Assembly (NCBI GenBank): GCA_036172245.1
Contig: JAYWIR010000102.1
Coordinates: 1-64,000, forward strand
Source of the DNA: Raillietiella orientalis
Taxonomy: Eukaryota
Direction of reading: 5' to 3'
DNA: 64,000 nt
The position numbers and the translations under genes were made by a program. Under the pieces are notes generated by a model, which worked only from the letters and a program-made list of their open reading frames with translations, searched no databases and had not been told where the DNA came from. Below are positions 1-12,671 of this stretch, piece after piece; the first letter of the stretch is position 1, and the number at the start of each line of letters is the position of its first letter.

Positions 1-499
1 CAGGCCAAACCGTTTTCTTGGTTGTTTTGAACCGTTTATCGTGTCCGATCCGTTTCGCTTGTCCTAACACGAAGGGAAGCAGAGTTCTCATTGCATAGGA
101 ATTAGGGAACTCTACGTTGATCTCTGTTTCTTTCGAAAGCCGAGACTATGCAACTTTTGCAATGAATTACCACTGCCATTGCAAACGTAGTTGCTGACTG
201 AAGAAACTCATGAAGGTTGTGTGCTCAGAAAGATTGATACACAACTTTCTCATCGCGAAACAGATAGCACGAGGAAATAAATAAAAGTATGGGACGAAGC
301 ATGAATGTTCACCATAGCAGAACCTATCTTTATCCGTCGATTTTTGAAGTAGAAAGGAAGTGATCAATGACGTGATATGACATGTCTTGACATCCAAAAT
401 GAAAACTGGGAGACCTTCTTGAGCCCGGAAACAATGCCTTTACTCAGAAGTGATCGCTGAGATTGCAACGTGATGCTTCAGAGAATTGAAGTTTAGGAG

Positions 500-3400
500 T
501 TCACGATAGGAAGAGTCGTGCTGACAGATATGGAATACGGTACTGCCGATACGATGGACAGCAACGTGATTCGTTGGTGTGCTGCTGACTCCTTTCTTTA
601 GAAGAAGGTATGGCTAGTGCTCTCAAAAGACAAGACCCCGTTTCAAAAGGCGGTAACAAGTTCCACGAGGTCCCATTTAAGGTCGGCAGTACCATAGACT
701 TGCACCTGGATAAGTTGAGCACCTGGATAAGTAGGACACGCAGAAGCAGCGATAAACCGCTCCAAAGCGCATGTCGCATTGAGGGAGACTGCAGGAAAAA
801 ATGTGCATCAGCTCCGAAAGCAGTGAGGATACAGGCTGGTTGCAAGGAGCGTTTCTTGCAAAGGATTTGTTGTTCTTCATGAAGAACAAAGGTAAACGAG
901 GCTTCACAGTATAGAGAGGTCAGCTTTCCAACTTCTACATCTTTCAGTATTATCGGAGGAGCTGCAGCATAGACATCCATGCAGTAATGCGTGCGCTCGA
1001 CTAATGCCGGCGACCACGTGTATGCTTTGGGGATGTCGACGGTCTGCACGACGACGGCAGGACACGGGACGCAGTTGCCTCCTTTTGCTTATTGGCCCTG
1101 CTGCTCTGCGAATGAATTCCAGGAAAATGAATCGTTTGCTATCGACAAATAGGCTCAGCCTCGCGGCTGATCGCGTTTGAGCATTTCTTTCTTACTAAAA
1201 CCTATCGTGGAAGGCGTGTACCGAGACGTTCCCTTGGACGAGGAAGTTTGACTGGAACAGCTTGTTCCCATGTGGACCAAAACGATCGATCTCGTGTTGA
1301 CAAACATATACGCACTGGGCGACTCCCACATTCGCGCTGCCATGAACAGCTTCTTATAAGTTCCGAAGAGCGAATAGTTGATAGAAGCTTAAGCGCAGGG
1401 AGCTCACCTGAGAGCGGGAGATTTCGACATCCCTTCTGAGTGTGAACAGCAGCAAGAGCATGGTCGTCTTGGTGGGTGTGTCGTGGGAGGGGCACTCCGA
1501 CTGGTTTAATGTGGGATCCCCACGGGCAGGTGGTTGAAATACCTTGGCGTTCCGTTAGGAGTCTTCCGTGCAGAAGAAGCGTGGTCGGACTGCCTACAAT
1601 AGGCAGAGTTGGCCTTTGACCCCTTCTTCCATGACATGTTAGCCTTGCGCGAACGGGCGGTTATTTCGAAAACCTTTGCCACTCTCTTCCTCCGCCCCCT
1701 TTTTTTTGGTTTTTACATTACCCTACGAGGCGAACCGGGGGGTCATTGTTTGCTTAAGAGCGCTCTCCGAAAAACTGCGAGGTCCAATATCCGCCTCAAA
1801 GACTTGGCTTCTCCGCGTCGGTCTAGGCATCCTGAAGTTGGGGCGAATCGAGCTGCAAGTGCACTTACAAGTGCTGCAACTTTGGTCTTAGTTGTGCACT
1901 TATTTGTTGTGTGGGTTTGGATGCATCCTTCTGCAGAGACGAGCCAGCAGCGAAGGCCTGCTCTCGTTAAAGGATGCAAGGGTTCGGTTCCCCCCTAAGG
2001 CAACTGGACTTTCTAGCGGAAGCGCATCCTTGAGTCTGCTGCCTCTCAACGAGCTTTTACGCTGGCGGCAGGAAACTGTTGAATCCTGAGATGCATTCCA
2101 GGAAATGCACCTTCAAGATCACCATTTCCGGAGACATCTGTTGCCACTACCTCCCGAAGTGGTGATGCAGAACGGGGCGAAGTTTTCGACCCTGGCCTCC
2201 ACACCCTTCGTCACTGCGCATTCTGCCTTCGGGACAAGCGACGACAGTAGTCAATCGTCAAGATGGAAGGTTTCCTGCATCATCTCACCGAAAACGAAAC
2301 TTCTCGGTCTCCGCTGGACGCGTAATTTGCTCGAGGCTTCCACTCGGCGCTCTGTGGCGAAGGTAATTTATCGGTAGGGCGAACTTTTGACTGTTTCCCG
2401 TAGAGAACTAGTGCTCCTCCTGATTTGGTGGACAGTTCGTTGTTCCTCCTCGCCTGGAAGGAGGCCGTACTGCTTTTCATGTACGAGGATTCCAGAGTAA
2501 CGAGCGTCAGCATCGAGTTTCCGGAGGGGTTACTTCTTTACTTTTTTGAACTTCAAGGCCGCATCGTTATTGGAGTGGCAGCTTCCCAGCAACTTAATAA
2601 CGAGTGCATATATTTCGACCGTTGGGCTCTGTGCCTCGTAATCGCGCCTCATGCATTGATATTTGGTGATCCTACTGTTCCATTGAGTGACTGGTTAGCA
2701 TCGAGTGACTCCTTGCTGTTTTCATATGAGATCAGTGAAGGTTATTCGTCACATCAATGAAGAGGACACGCTGTCCTCCGCAATTCGCCAGCTCTGTTCA
2801 GAGGACACTGTTGATTTAGGGATCGGATCGGTGGATTGTCAGCTCCGGCTATTTATTGCGAGTTGATGCCTAACGCCGCATTGTGTTTGTCCACTCTTCT
2901 AGTGCTCAGATGCCGCTTGCAGTGGCGAACTACATGAACAATATGTCCTTCGGATACGGACAGTGTCGGCGCGTTTCGCTAAAGCCTAAGGGCTTAATAT
3001 TGCCGTTCAGTGTTGAGTGGTTCAGTCCGGAACTGTGTACGTACCGCCAGCCACTGAAACGTAATAGCTCACTGCGCTCCAGGATACACAAGGACGCAGA
3101 GTGGAGCGCCACGCAATCGATCGTGAGGCCTTGATCAGGCTTCGCAAGTAAAGTCGCGCTTCTGTGGTGGCGCCCAACCCTAAGTATGGTGCGTACCACA
3201 ACATTCTGATCACTGTCTCGAAGAGTCCGATTGGGAAGGGTGATCGTCACTGCACTATGGGGATAGTTCCACTGAATGCCAAGTCTCTTCGAGGCTAGCT
3301 GGGCACGGAACCAAAAGTTTGCGACATTCCCTTTTTGGTGATGCTGTGGGGGAGCGAGGTTCCCGCTCAGATATGCAGAGACAAGTTGTGCATCTGGCAG

Positions 3401-3600
3401 TTGTCGCTCTTTTTCCTGGATGGCCTTATTCAGGGAGTCTTTGGCGAACTGACGAATAACCGCGTCAGAGCACGCTAAGATTCATTCATTCATGGAGTCA
3501 GCGGACATGATGTCGATCTCCTCCGCTTGGATGAGCATGCCCAGGAATCCTTGGGTTACAAAACCGTACAGATTTTTTTTCCTATTGACCACTTTGTTCC
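500..3600 (-). mobile_element. Heavily decayed Ty3/Gypsy-type pol remnant (RT connection, RNase H, integrase)
   Basis: Minus-strand frames give degenerate motifs in Gypsy order: FLGML..IRQFAK (~3440-3550, RT thumb-like); LYLRSLIKASRS..CVSWSAVSYYVSVAGGTYTVPD (3022-3213, resembles RNase H AYASRSLT..VWAV..F..YL.G..FTV.TDH); GSRPVRICLSTRDRSF and TSRYTPSTIG (~1200-1330, integrase core-like). Many stops and frameshifts; ends not defined. Confidence 0.45.
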
Positions 3601-6029
3601 CTGGCTTCAGTTTTGTGCCATCGTGGAAATTTAATTATTTTCCATATGCACTGAGGCTGCCATGCAGCATGCATATTTTTTCTGCTTTCCGTAAGGAAAT
3701 GCATCGGTTCCTTGAGTACCTTTGCTCTATGGACAGCATCGACTGATCTTTGGTTTCCAGTGAAGCTGTCGTCTGAGTGCTGCCGACATATGCAACGAGA
3801 AATATTGTACAGAGTTCTCTTTTAGACTGCACAAACTTTTCCTGGAAACTTTGTCTGGCATCTGCGATCCTGACTCAGATTTTTCCCTTTTATGGCCTGC
3901 ATCCAGCTGGCTCCAGCATTTCTCGAAATCTGCATTCGAGGTGCGCTTTTTGCTCCCCTTGCTGCAATCGAAAACGACCAAAACTGTCTTCCATCCTTTC
4001 CATTCACCTTTAACATTCCTCGCTTTCCTAAGCTGTTGCTGCGTTGGAGGTTCGGTGTGCATCAGGGAACAATCTAAGGAGAACTGAGAAGCAATCAGGA
4101 TGTCGAAGATGCACATGGTGAGAATATTTAGAGACTGATGGAGCTCCAATCAGTAGAATTACTATAACCTGCTCTATATTTATGTTTTGGGAACATTTAG
4201 TAAGGCTGTACTCTCGACTTTGGGTATTTGCTTTTTCAATAATGTTTCAATGCTTCATGTCTTCTGCCTGTTTCTTTGCACTCCAAGCAGCCCGCACTCC
4301 TCGCCCCCCAGCCTGCTTGTCTTTCCCGAGAGGAGCGATGCTTCTGTCTGGATTTGAACGCGAAACTGCTTTTCTGGGATCCCTATGCTGCGACTTCGTT
4401 GCTACTGTCAACGACTTATCACTGTACGCGTCCAGCGTATCCGAGGTTTCAAATTCGATCACCTCCGTCGATGACGTCTAGAGATCACGAAAGGTGTTCT
4501 GCGATTGTTCTCGCTGAGCTGTCTTTGTGGTAAAAAGTTTGTGCTCACGGGAGAGGAACTGCTGATCGATTTGCGATCGGTTTGCTGCTGATCACAGCTT
4601 TTGATCGAAAAAAGGAATTTGAGGTGATTTCAGATTTCACATGAGACCGTGGAAGTCGCAGACACGGAGACCAAATAGAACGTGTTATAGGAAACTCTCG
4701 AGCTGATGATGTGCCGCTTAGAGAGTGTGCTGTGATAAGATATCGTCAAACATGTTTAGGTTGTTGAGATAGGCTTTTCATGCATGGAAGACTTCGGTCA
4801 ATGTGGAGACTGACTGACTTCTGTTCCGAGTTGCTGATGCCGTTCCCCGGTCTCACACTGTAAAAGATGTTCTCCCTGAGACATTGAACGCTTAAGTGGT
4901 TACTGCTCGTAGCCGTAGTCCTATTCAGAATTAACATGGCTGCTGAAAATGCTATGACACTCCGTCAGGCTCTTGAAGACATTAAATTCGCAGATATGAC
5001 TGGGAACTGTGCATTCACTCTTCTTGTTCCATTTCCTCCTTCGCCATATGGCCAGTGCAGGAAGGGTGGTCAACGGATTTTGTGTTGCCAACACCTACTC
5101 CCGAAACTTGCTCGTTTACTGTGACGGTAAGATCTCAATGCAACCTTAGGAAAATATAACACATCGTTTTCCTGAGACGGTCGGTGGAACACCTCTGAAT
5201 GTAACCATCTTCATTTCCAGAGGCCCGAATGAGTGTGATTGCACATGTTCATCTGGAAGGAACCCTTCCATATTAGAATCGAAGCAACTGCTTTGTCCTG
5301 ACATGGAAGATGTATGGATTTTTTCTCGTGATTACGAAACGCAATTGAAATTAGGGAATTTCGCTGTGCCTTCTCGATTTGCAGCTCGGCATATAGGGGT
5401 GTCTCTGTGCGCGCTGTCCCTGGAATTCGAAGAGGCAGGAAGTCAATCGCTTTATGACGCTCGATGTACAAGCGTGATGGTCTTTCGTCGTCTTGTGTGA
5501 CCTCCTTCGAGACTTGGGAAACCATCAAACCTTGAAACGATTCAGAGCCCACCGGCTTGGCAAACTCGCGATTTTCGTTGACCTCAATCGGGTTTTCCGA
5601 GTTGTCAATGTAAAGCATAGATCCAAACCTCTCGCAGGGTGTACTGACTGCATTCCCGAAATTCGAACCACGGAAGAATTCAAAGGACGGTGAAAAGGAA
5701 CGAAAATGTCGCAGTTTTTGATCAGTGCCAGGCGGTTCAATATATGGCTCTACTTACTATGCAATGCAAATTTCATACAAACAACAGGTGCTGGTTGCTC
5801 TTCAAGGAATCTGATCCCGAATGAAACCCAGAATTCCGATTTGAGACTCGCTATAACTTTTGGCTTCATAGAGATGGAATAAAGCCATTTTCATTTTGTT
5901 TTGCATTCTCACTCATCATCAAACGTATGTGCAGTGGAGAAGGAAGGAATATCGGCTGCTTCGAGTGCACAGCATCCTTTTCAATGGGGACTCAGCCCTG
6001 ACATGTTGGGATTTGCTTCAAAATTCCTC

Positions 6030-6339
6030 ACGGTAAAATCCCGAAAGAGCACACTCCGGAGAGGTAATGAAATATGGATATCTTCCATATATTTTCTTAT
6101 ACATTAATCAGATATTCATGTAATTATTAGCATAGAAACAAACATCAGTAGTATGTAAATAGGTACAAATCACGAAGATTATAAAGAAAATAAATGTGTT
6201 TGTTTATCATGTATATTAAAGTATACAATAAGTATATATTGAATGAATATATGTATTTCTCTTTCCCCATCTTTCGGGATTTCGACATTTGGAAATTCAT
6301 GGTTCGGGATGTTTCATCGACTCCGGATGTGTTGACCGT
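6030..6339. mobile_element. MITE-like non-autonomous DNA element
   Basis: Starts ACGGT and ends ACCGT; inverted subterminal motif AAATCCCGAAAG (~6036) / CTTTCGGGATTT (6271), with TTCGGGAT repeated near 6303; AT-rich non-coding core 6080-6260. No clean TSD. Confidence 0.4.
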
Positions 6340-6449
6340 TTTATCTCATGGAAAGAGATTCCTTCCAAGTTCCCATGGAAAGGAAACAAACCCGACCCTG
6401 CTTCTGCTTTTGGGAAGATTTGGGTTTGTTTGGACACCCGTCTGACGTG

Positions 6450-7620
6450 AATTCAAAATTCATCATGACTGACATGTCAGCCTACGCCGACGATGCTTCT
6501 GTCTGGCTGCTTCCGTCCATGTTCATCCCGGTGGCATCGCTCGCGTACTTCCCCGAGCCGGAGCGTTTCCTCCCAGTCAGGACGGAGCGTTTCTCCTAAG
6601 AAAAAAGAGCACATCTGGAATGGAAATGGCTCTACGAATGCATGTCATTTCTATGTAGTGCGACTGCAATGCCACCACGTCAGTAAGAGTTCCGGAGGCA
6701 CTGACCGCTGGAGAGAAGTTTGTCGACACGGGTCCGCTTGAGAGGAATCAGATGGGAAGCAGTGGACAGAAGGGTAACAAATAAATAACAGAAAAATTCC
6801 GGAGACAGAAGGAGAGATTACAGTAACTTTCGTGACATCTTTGGCATGCTTTCCAGAATGCCGTCAAGTTTCTCCTCATGCCAAGAGAAGCGCGACCATC
6901 TCTTCGCTATTCTCGTGGAAGAGACAACGACAGGGATGGCATCTGCGTTCTTCTGGCCTCATTAGCTGCCACCGCGCCAAGGAGGCAGAACGGCGCTGCG
7001 ATCGCCGCCGCAGACGCCATTGCGCCACGCGTCGTCTTAGCGCTCCTTTCAAGTCGTGCGCTGGGGATGAGAACGCCGTTGCAAAACGTTCTCATGAGCT
7101 CCGGAGGGCAGCACACTCGGATTGCAAACGTATGATGGTTTTTCTTTCACCACAACTGGCACGATATAAAGCCCTGGTACACTAGTGGATGCGTGCGGTG
7201 CATCAAGTGCCCGCGCTAAAGCATCTTTCCGTTGGGCACAATATACCGTAGGCGATTGTGACCCCTTCCGTCCATTTGTACAGTCCGGTCTCCTCTTCCA
7301 GACATCAGGAGATATGTTCGTGCACTGGGACTTCTCATGCAGCCAGCAGCAGCACCTCTAACTGAGGATGAGCATTGCAGCGAACTGCGCCAGCTGCAGA
7401 GACGTCAAAACTTTCGCGCATCTGCTGCTGGAATGCGGTGAGCTTCAGAGCGCGTGGCTTCGTGTCTGCTGTTGCACTTCGATCCGAAGACGCCACGGAC
7501 GAACCGCTGAGATGTTGCTGCACGCCGAACGGGCTTTCCCCAACTCCTCCGTTCGCGATCCTGCATTGCGTTTAGGAAGATCGTGGCGTTCCGGACATTT
7601 GGAGGAAAGAGAGTGAGTCA
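6450..7620 (+). mobile_element. Decayed non-LTR retrotransposon ORF2 3' part (L1/Tx1-like)
   Basis: RT catalytic motif SAYADDASVW (YADD at 6483-6494) followed ~900 bp later by a C-terminal CCHC finger CASCRDVKTFAHLLLEC (7386-7436); intervening frames broken. Confidence 0.55.
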
Positions 7621-8599
7621 GCAGGGAAGGACTGTACGCCTCAGTTCCAGAGTGATAAGAAATGTGTCAAAGTGGCCCATAAAGGACTCCAGAACTAAGG
7701 AGGAAGCTTCTTGGATAGCATGCAGGTTGCGCGAGGCGCAACAGGTGTGACCGGTGACCTCTGCGTCTTCCTTTCTTGACGTATATAATTCTGGTACCCC
7801 ACCTTACAACTTCCTTGTCCTTCTGCGTAGTCATCCTTGGACTCAGTGGTTTTCTTCAAATTTCCTCCCCAGAATTGTTCATGGACTACTGATTCTGTTA
7901 GTCCACATTGCCTGTTAACCCTTTGTTCCTGTGGAAAACAGACATTGCTGCGTGACCAGATGAGAGTGATGGAAGCATGTTTTGTCCGGATCCCTCAGCC
8001 ACTTCAGCTTCCCTTCCTTACAGGAGGTTCTTATTTTCTATAAGTAGACGGCGAAAACCAGGACGCGTGCTCCGTGTGAGCTGCACCGGTGTTGTGGTAT
8101 CCTGCACACGCGCGGAGTCTCGGTTTGCGCAAGCGCGCACTATGTGGCCACAACGTGACTCTCCGTTCGTTCTTACTCTCGACAGCCCGTGGCCGGGCAG
8201 CCAGCGCGCAACGTGGTGCATCTGTTTGCAGGCGATCTCCACCTCCATCTGCTATCAAATGGAGCTCGTCGGATGGACTTATGATGCGAGTCGGCACACG
8301 CGACCACTTTGCTCATCGATGACGCGGATAGCCATGACTCAGTCGACCACAACCAATTCGGCGACCATCAAGCTGGCCAACGGGTACACGGGCCAGACGA
8401 AGATCGATCCCCTCACATCATTCGAGCATTTGGTCGGAGTGCATCACTTGGAAAGCGTCCTCCGATGAATGCCCTGGGTTATCGGGAGATTCAACTACCC
8501 ATCCGGAAGCCACAGAGCAGCCCCGTGCGTTCCTCCTTGGAATCGCAACCACGATTCTCGAGGGCTGGGACCAATTGAAGGACTCAGTCCGACAATGAT

Positions 8600-9400
8600 G
8601 CATCCAGAGTCCGCAGCATTTCCTACTTCAAGACCTTGGGGAGAGTAGCGGGGACATCCGGGTTTCGATATGAGGGCGAATCAGATCTACGCTTGCGGAA
8701 TGCCGATGGGACGGGAGTGGAGAAGGGGGCGCAACCAAAGTGCTGGCTAACTCGGCCACGCCGCACTTTGGAAAGGGATTCCACCAGAAGGCTGAACTCT
8801 TCAATGCGCCCTCGAAAGAACTGCACTTTCCTCCTCTGTTTTGCACGATTCCGTGCTACCCCTCAGCTGGCAACACGACGTGGCGCTCCTCTTGCAGCGA
8901 ACTCCTGCACCACGTGAGGCAGAAAAGCAGCGTCTCTCCAGAGGGCAGCAGGTGCGGGGTGGTCGAATCGGTGCTCCCGCATCTGTTGGTGGGCTACGGC
9001 GTTCTGTGTTGGTTGTAGGATCGGCTGGCTCCAGCCACTCTGCATCATGAGGCTACCCCAGCTGAACTGCTGCGTTGCATCTTCTTGAAAGAGCACCTTT
9101 CGCTTGTCTCAGTGCTTGCGATCCCATGATGCATCCGTAGCACCATCGAACGTCTCGACTTGCTCGAGCTGCAGCAACAGCAGCGGTAAGCCACTGCAAA
9201 GCTTGCTTTTGCTTTGATGAATAAGGCATGCAGGTGGCAGCATTTGAAAACAGAAGTCAGCGGGGATTTCGTGATTCTATCCGGGTATCTTTGAAAAAAG
9301 AAGCAGGGATCCCAATAACCCCACCCACTGCTTTACAGACTTCCGACGGAGGGATGCAACTCATGGGAGTCGGAGCGCGCCACTCTGTGCTGACCGTGCA
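8600..9400 (-). mobile_element. Decayed non-LTR reverse transcriptase remnant (CR1/L2/Jockey-like)
   Basis: Minus strand, in the expected order: KAVGGVIGIPASFFKD (~9287-9335, cf. KA.GPDGIP..FLK), ILQPTQ (~9003-9021, cf. L...QHGFR) and PQG (~8632-8640). Confidence 0.45.
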
Positions 9401-10559
9401 ACAAGAGGTCCTTCGCTGCTGGAGCATCGCAAACGTTGAGGCTCGCCAAAAAAAACAAACTGGGTCACAAAATTCGGCAAAGTGACTTAACAGACAAAAC
9501 AGCTTGATTTTGTGGGCAATCAGAAATTCGAGGAGCCACCAAGTCTTTTAGGCAGTTCCGGTATTTTGCAGCGCGCCACAAAGGACTTTTCTAGGGAGGC
9601 TCTGTTCACGGGCCTTTACTGAATAAAAGGGTGCACAAATGAAACACCCAAAGCAGAGGAGAGGGAGGCAAGAGCATCTCAGGAAGGTGCACGAAGTGCA
9701 CGTCTTTTGAAGACGGAGCTGCCATCAAAGGACGGGCTCACAGGTTCGCCAACTCTCTGAGGAGGCTGGCGTGTTTTTCGAGCGCACCGCGGAAGGGAAG
9801 GGGTCTCTGCCTTCCTTCTCGAGTCGGTGACCCAGACGAGCAGCGCTCCGAAGGGTCGCTGAGTCGCCAAGCGTATTCCAGCTCTCGAGGTGCATAGTTT
9901 TTGAGTTTGCAGTCGTTTTTAAGTGGTCAAGTGGATAGCGTGGTTTGCAGGAATAGGCAACAAGCCACTTCCGACTGCGAATCCGCCCACCGCCACACAT
10001 GTGGCAAACCGATCCTCTTCGCAGGATAGGAGCCGAAAGAGCTCCAAGGTGGAGCACGAGGAAGTCTTCACTCCACGCTTGTGGAGCGATGTTCTCGCGG
10101 CAGCGGTGAACGCGCAGATCCAGGTGCACGTAGCCTGAGGCTATAAACATGCAGTCTTCTGTAGAGTAAGCTACCTTTCTTCAAAGGGGGTGACGTGGAA
10201 GCTGAAGAGCGAGCTAAAAAGGGTGGGCGCCCGCAAGGAGTCCCTCATGCTGAAAGCGAGAAGCGGATAGGGAGGAGATCTGCAAGAGTGCAGAACTCAC
10301 CCAACGTCTTCTTCACACGCCTTGCAACCTCGGGAGATGAAGTCTTCCCCATCACGGCGGATTGGTCTTTCGTTCGCCACCTTAAGGGTATTTCTACGAC
10401 CGCGACGTCATTGCCCCATGATCGCGCCACCGTGAACGCCCTCTCGCGAAAAGCGAACCCAATAGGAGGTTTCGCTCCCGTCTGCAGTGGCCTCGCTGCG
10501 GCTGCGCCGGAAAGACAGAGATCCTGCACAAACTGGAAAATGGCAGGCTCTCCGTAGGT

Positions 10560-11200
10560 CTCTGGTTTGTGGAGAAAGGAAAGCTGTGCGGCGCGACGGG
10601 ACACCTCAGAAAAAGGTTTCCGGAAGTCTCGAGTGCTATGGATGAGAGCAGCTGGGACACACCTCACAGCAGAAGCTTCTCATCCCTTCCTCCGGCAACC
10701 GGAGACCCGCGGTCTTTCCACCGCGTAGCTCCCTACCTCGAATCCAAATACCTCCTGGTGGAAACTCGATGGGACGAACTTTGAAGACAACCACGCCTTC
10801 TGGACAGCAGTCTCCAGGAAGGCAGACTGTGAGGGTCGTCGCGAACCCCTCGAGGTGAAAGTAGGGAAACGCGCTCCGCATGCCAAACAAGGCGCAAGAC
10901 GCGTCCCGCTACCGGAACTCCGGAGGCGCATCGTGCCGCACCGGCCTTGCAGAAGGGCCAGATCGTGATGGAACTGTGCAACGATGCTGCCCCTGCGTCG
11001 CCTTGATCTACCTGAGCGCAATTCCGCACGGTGACGGACGCAACCGCATGAAGACGTCACCTTCGGCAGCCTTTTACTCACCTCCGGCTTGCAAGCTTCG
11101 GACTCCGAGAAAGAGTCGACTTCCGGCATGATCGGAGGCAATGCTCCCGGAGGGGAGAAAGTCCAAGGCCCGGAGAGGAGAAGCAGCCGAAGTGGTGGAC
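10560..11200 (+). mobile_element. Possible decayed LTR-element remnant (gag zinc knuckle and integrase-like pieces)
   Basis: CGATGHLRKRFP (~10587, zinc-knuckle-like), TGLAEG (cf. SNGLAER) and RNRMKTSP/FGSLLLT; weak inverted similarity to the integrase remnant at 15470-15650. Confidence 0.3.
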
Positions 11201-11735
11201 ACGTCACTGGCACGTGAGGGAAAGTTTCTTCCTCCCCACAATTGACGCAATTGGCTCTGGCGTTACATATACTAAAATTGGCTCTGGCGCTCCCCTTCGT
11301 TCGGTGGTGGCTCCGCACGTTGCACGAGAGTACCCAATGCAGGATCAGTAGCGCCGACTGCTCCACCGCCAGAGGAGAAGGCACGAGTTCTTCACCATCA
11401 CCAGGACACCTAGAGCTCTTCCGGTGAGATGCCGAAGAATTCACTGCGGTCCTCCCGGAAGAGTCAGTCTTGTCGCGGAGTCCGCAATCTGACGCACAAC
11501 AAAATTGCGGAACCCCCACTCCTCCGGAAGGCAGGTGCCGTTGGTCTCGAAAGCTTAGGAGAACGACAATGTGGAGGAAGCGGCTGATGGGCAAGGCAGT
11601 ATCGCCAGTCCGCTGTCCACAGCCGCTACAGCTTTCCCGGCGTTTTGAGGGAATGGCTGGTACTCTTGGATTTCGCCAACTGCCTTTTGCCACCAGGCTT
11701 CCTTGTTCACTGGATCGCAGAAGATCGGAGAGGCC

Positions 11736-11952
11736 CCTATCGAGGTCCATGCACTCAGGCTCAAAAGCGTCCAAGAAGGAAATGGACCTTTTCCTTGCGA
11801 CGTGCCAGGACTCCTTCTCCGATTACAAGAACCTGGACCCTCGCAACTACGAACAGTGGTTTTTACTTCCGTTGCACCCACCGCTTTGAGTTTCCCGAGA
11901 GGAGGAACCCACTGCACGCCTCTGGAAATCACGTCCTCCGTCTCTGTTCGAC
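11736..11952 (+). pseudogene. Partial, internally deleted duplicate of the Sec6-like gene 3' region and its downstream flank
   Basis: 11736-11852 aligns to 14678-14794 (8 mismatches in 117 nt by my count; peptide LSRSMHSGSKASKKEMDLFLATCQDSFSDYKNLDPRNYE). It is fused directly to 11855-11952, which aligns to 15310-15407. Confidence 0.9.
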
Positions 11953-12671
11953 TCCGAGGCTGCGGACTCGACCATCTCGCGGTACCTCCGGTGTCCAGGT
12001 CCACCTTCCCCTTTCTCTCTGCTGACTGAGGAGACCACCGCCTCCCGGGAGGTTTCCGACGTGCCTTCCGCTTCAGAACTGCAACCTTGAATTGTTGTAG
12101 TGGATTCACTTCTCGTTCGAGGGGTTCACCCGAGATGTTTCTTTTGGGGGACGTGGACGAGCCTCACTAGGAACAAATGACACTAACTTGGGTTCTGTGG
12201 AGTGAGCTGACCACCGAACGGAGTGCTCATGGCGAGACGTTCGTACTGCCCCGGTGTGACCAGGTGAAGTGCCTTACGGCCGTGCTCCAGATTCAGCGTG
12301 CTGGCTCTTTCCGAGATGACCTCCTGGCAATTTCGTGTGCTCCGCGCAGCATCTTTTCTTTTTCCACACCGACTGGGCTCCCGCGTGCCGGGGAGGAGGC
12401 ACTCCGTGGGCAGCAATACGGTCGCATCTGCCATGAATTCCCAAAATCACCGGGCTCTTAGGATCCAGGAAGCAGAATCTCTCCGATCGCTGCCTGTATC
12501 TCCTCCTTTTGTGAGAGACGGGAGGCGGAGATGCTGGATAGCTAAGGACTGCTTTCCCATCGGTCAGCCGTGCCCCTCTTTTGCAGCCTTGCAAGCCTTT
12601 AAAAATCGCCCACGGTTGCGCTCAGTAGGAACCTGAGGCTTCTTTGCAAAGCTCAGCATTCCGACAAAGGA

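Noticed and set aside
10680..11774. 364-aa minus-strand ORF
   Set aside because: It spans unrelated pieces (antisense Sec6 duplicate, TE debris, micro-insertion) and has no recognisable domain.
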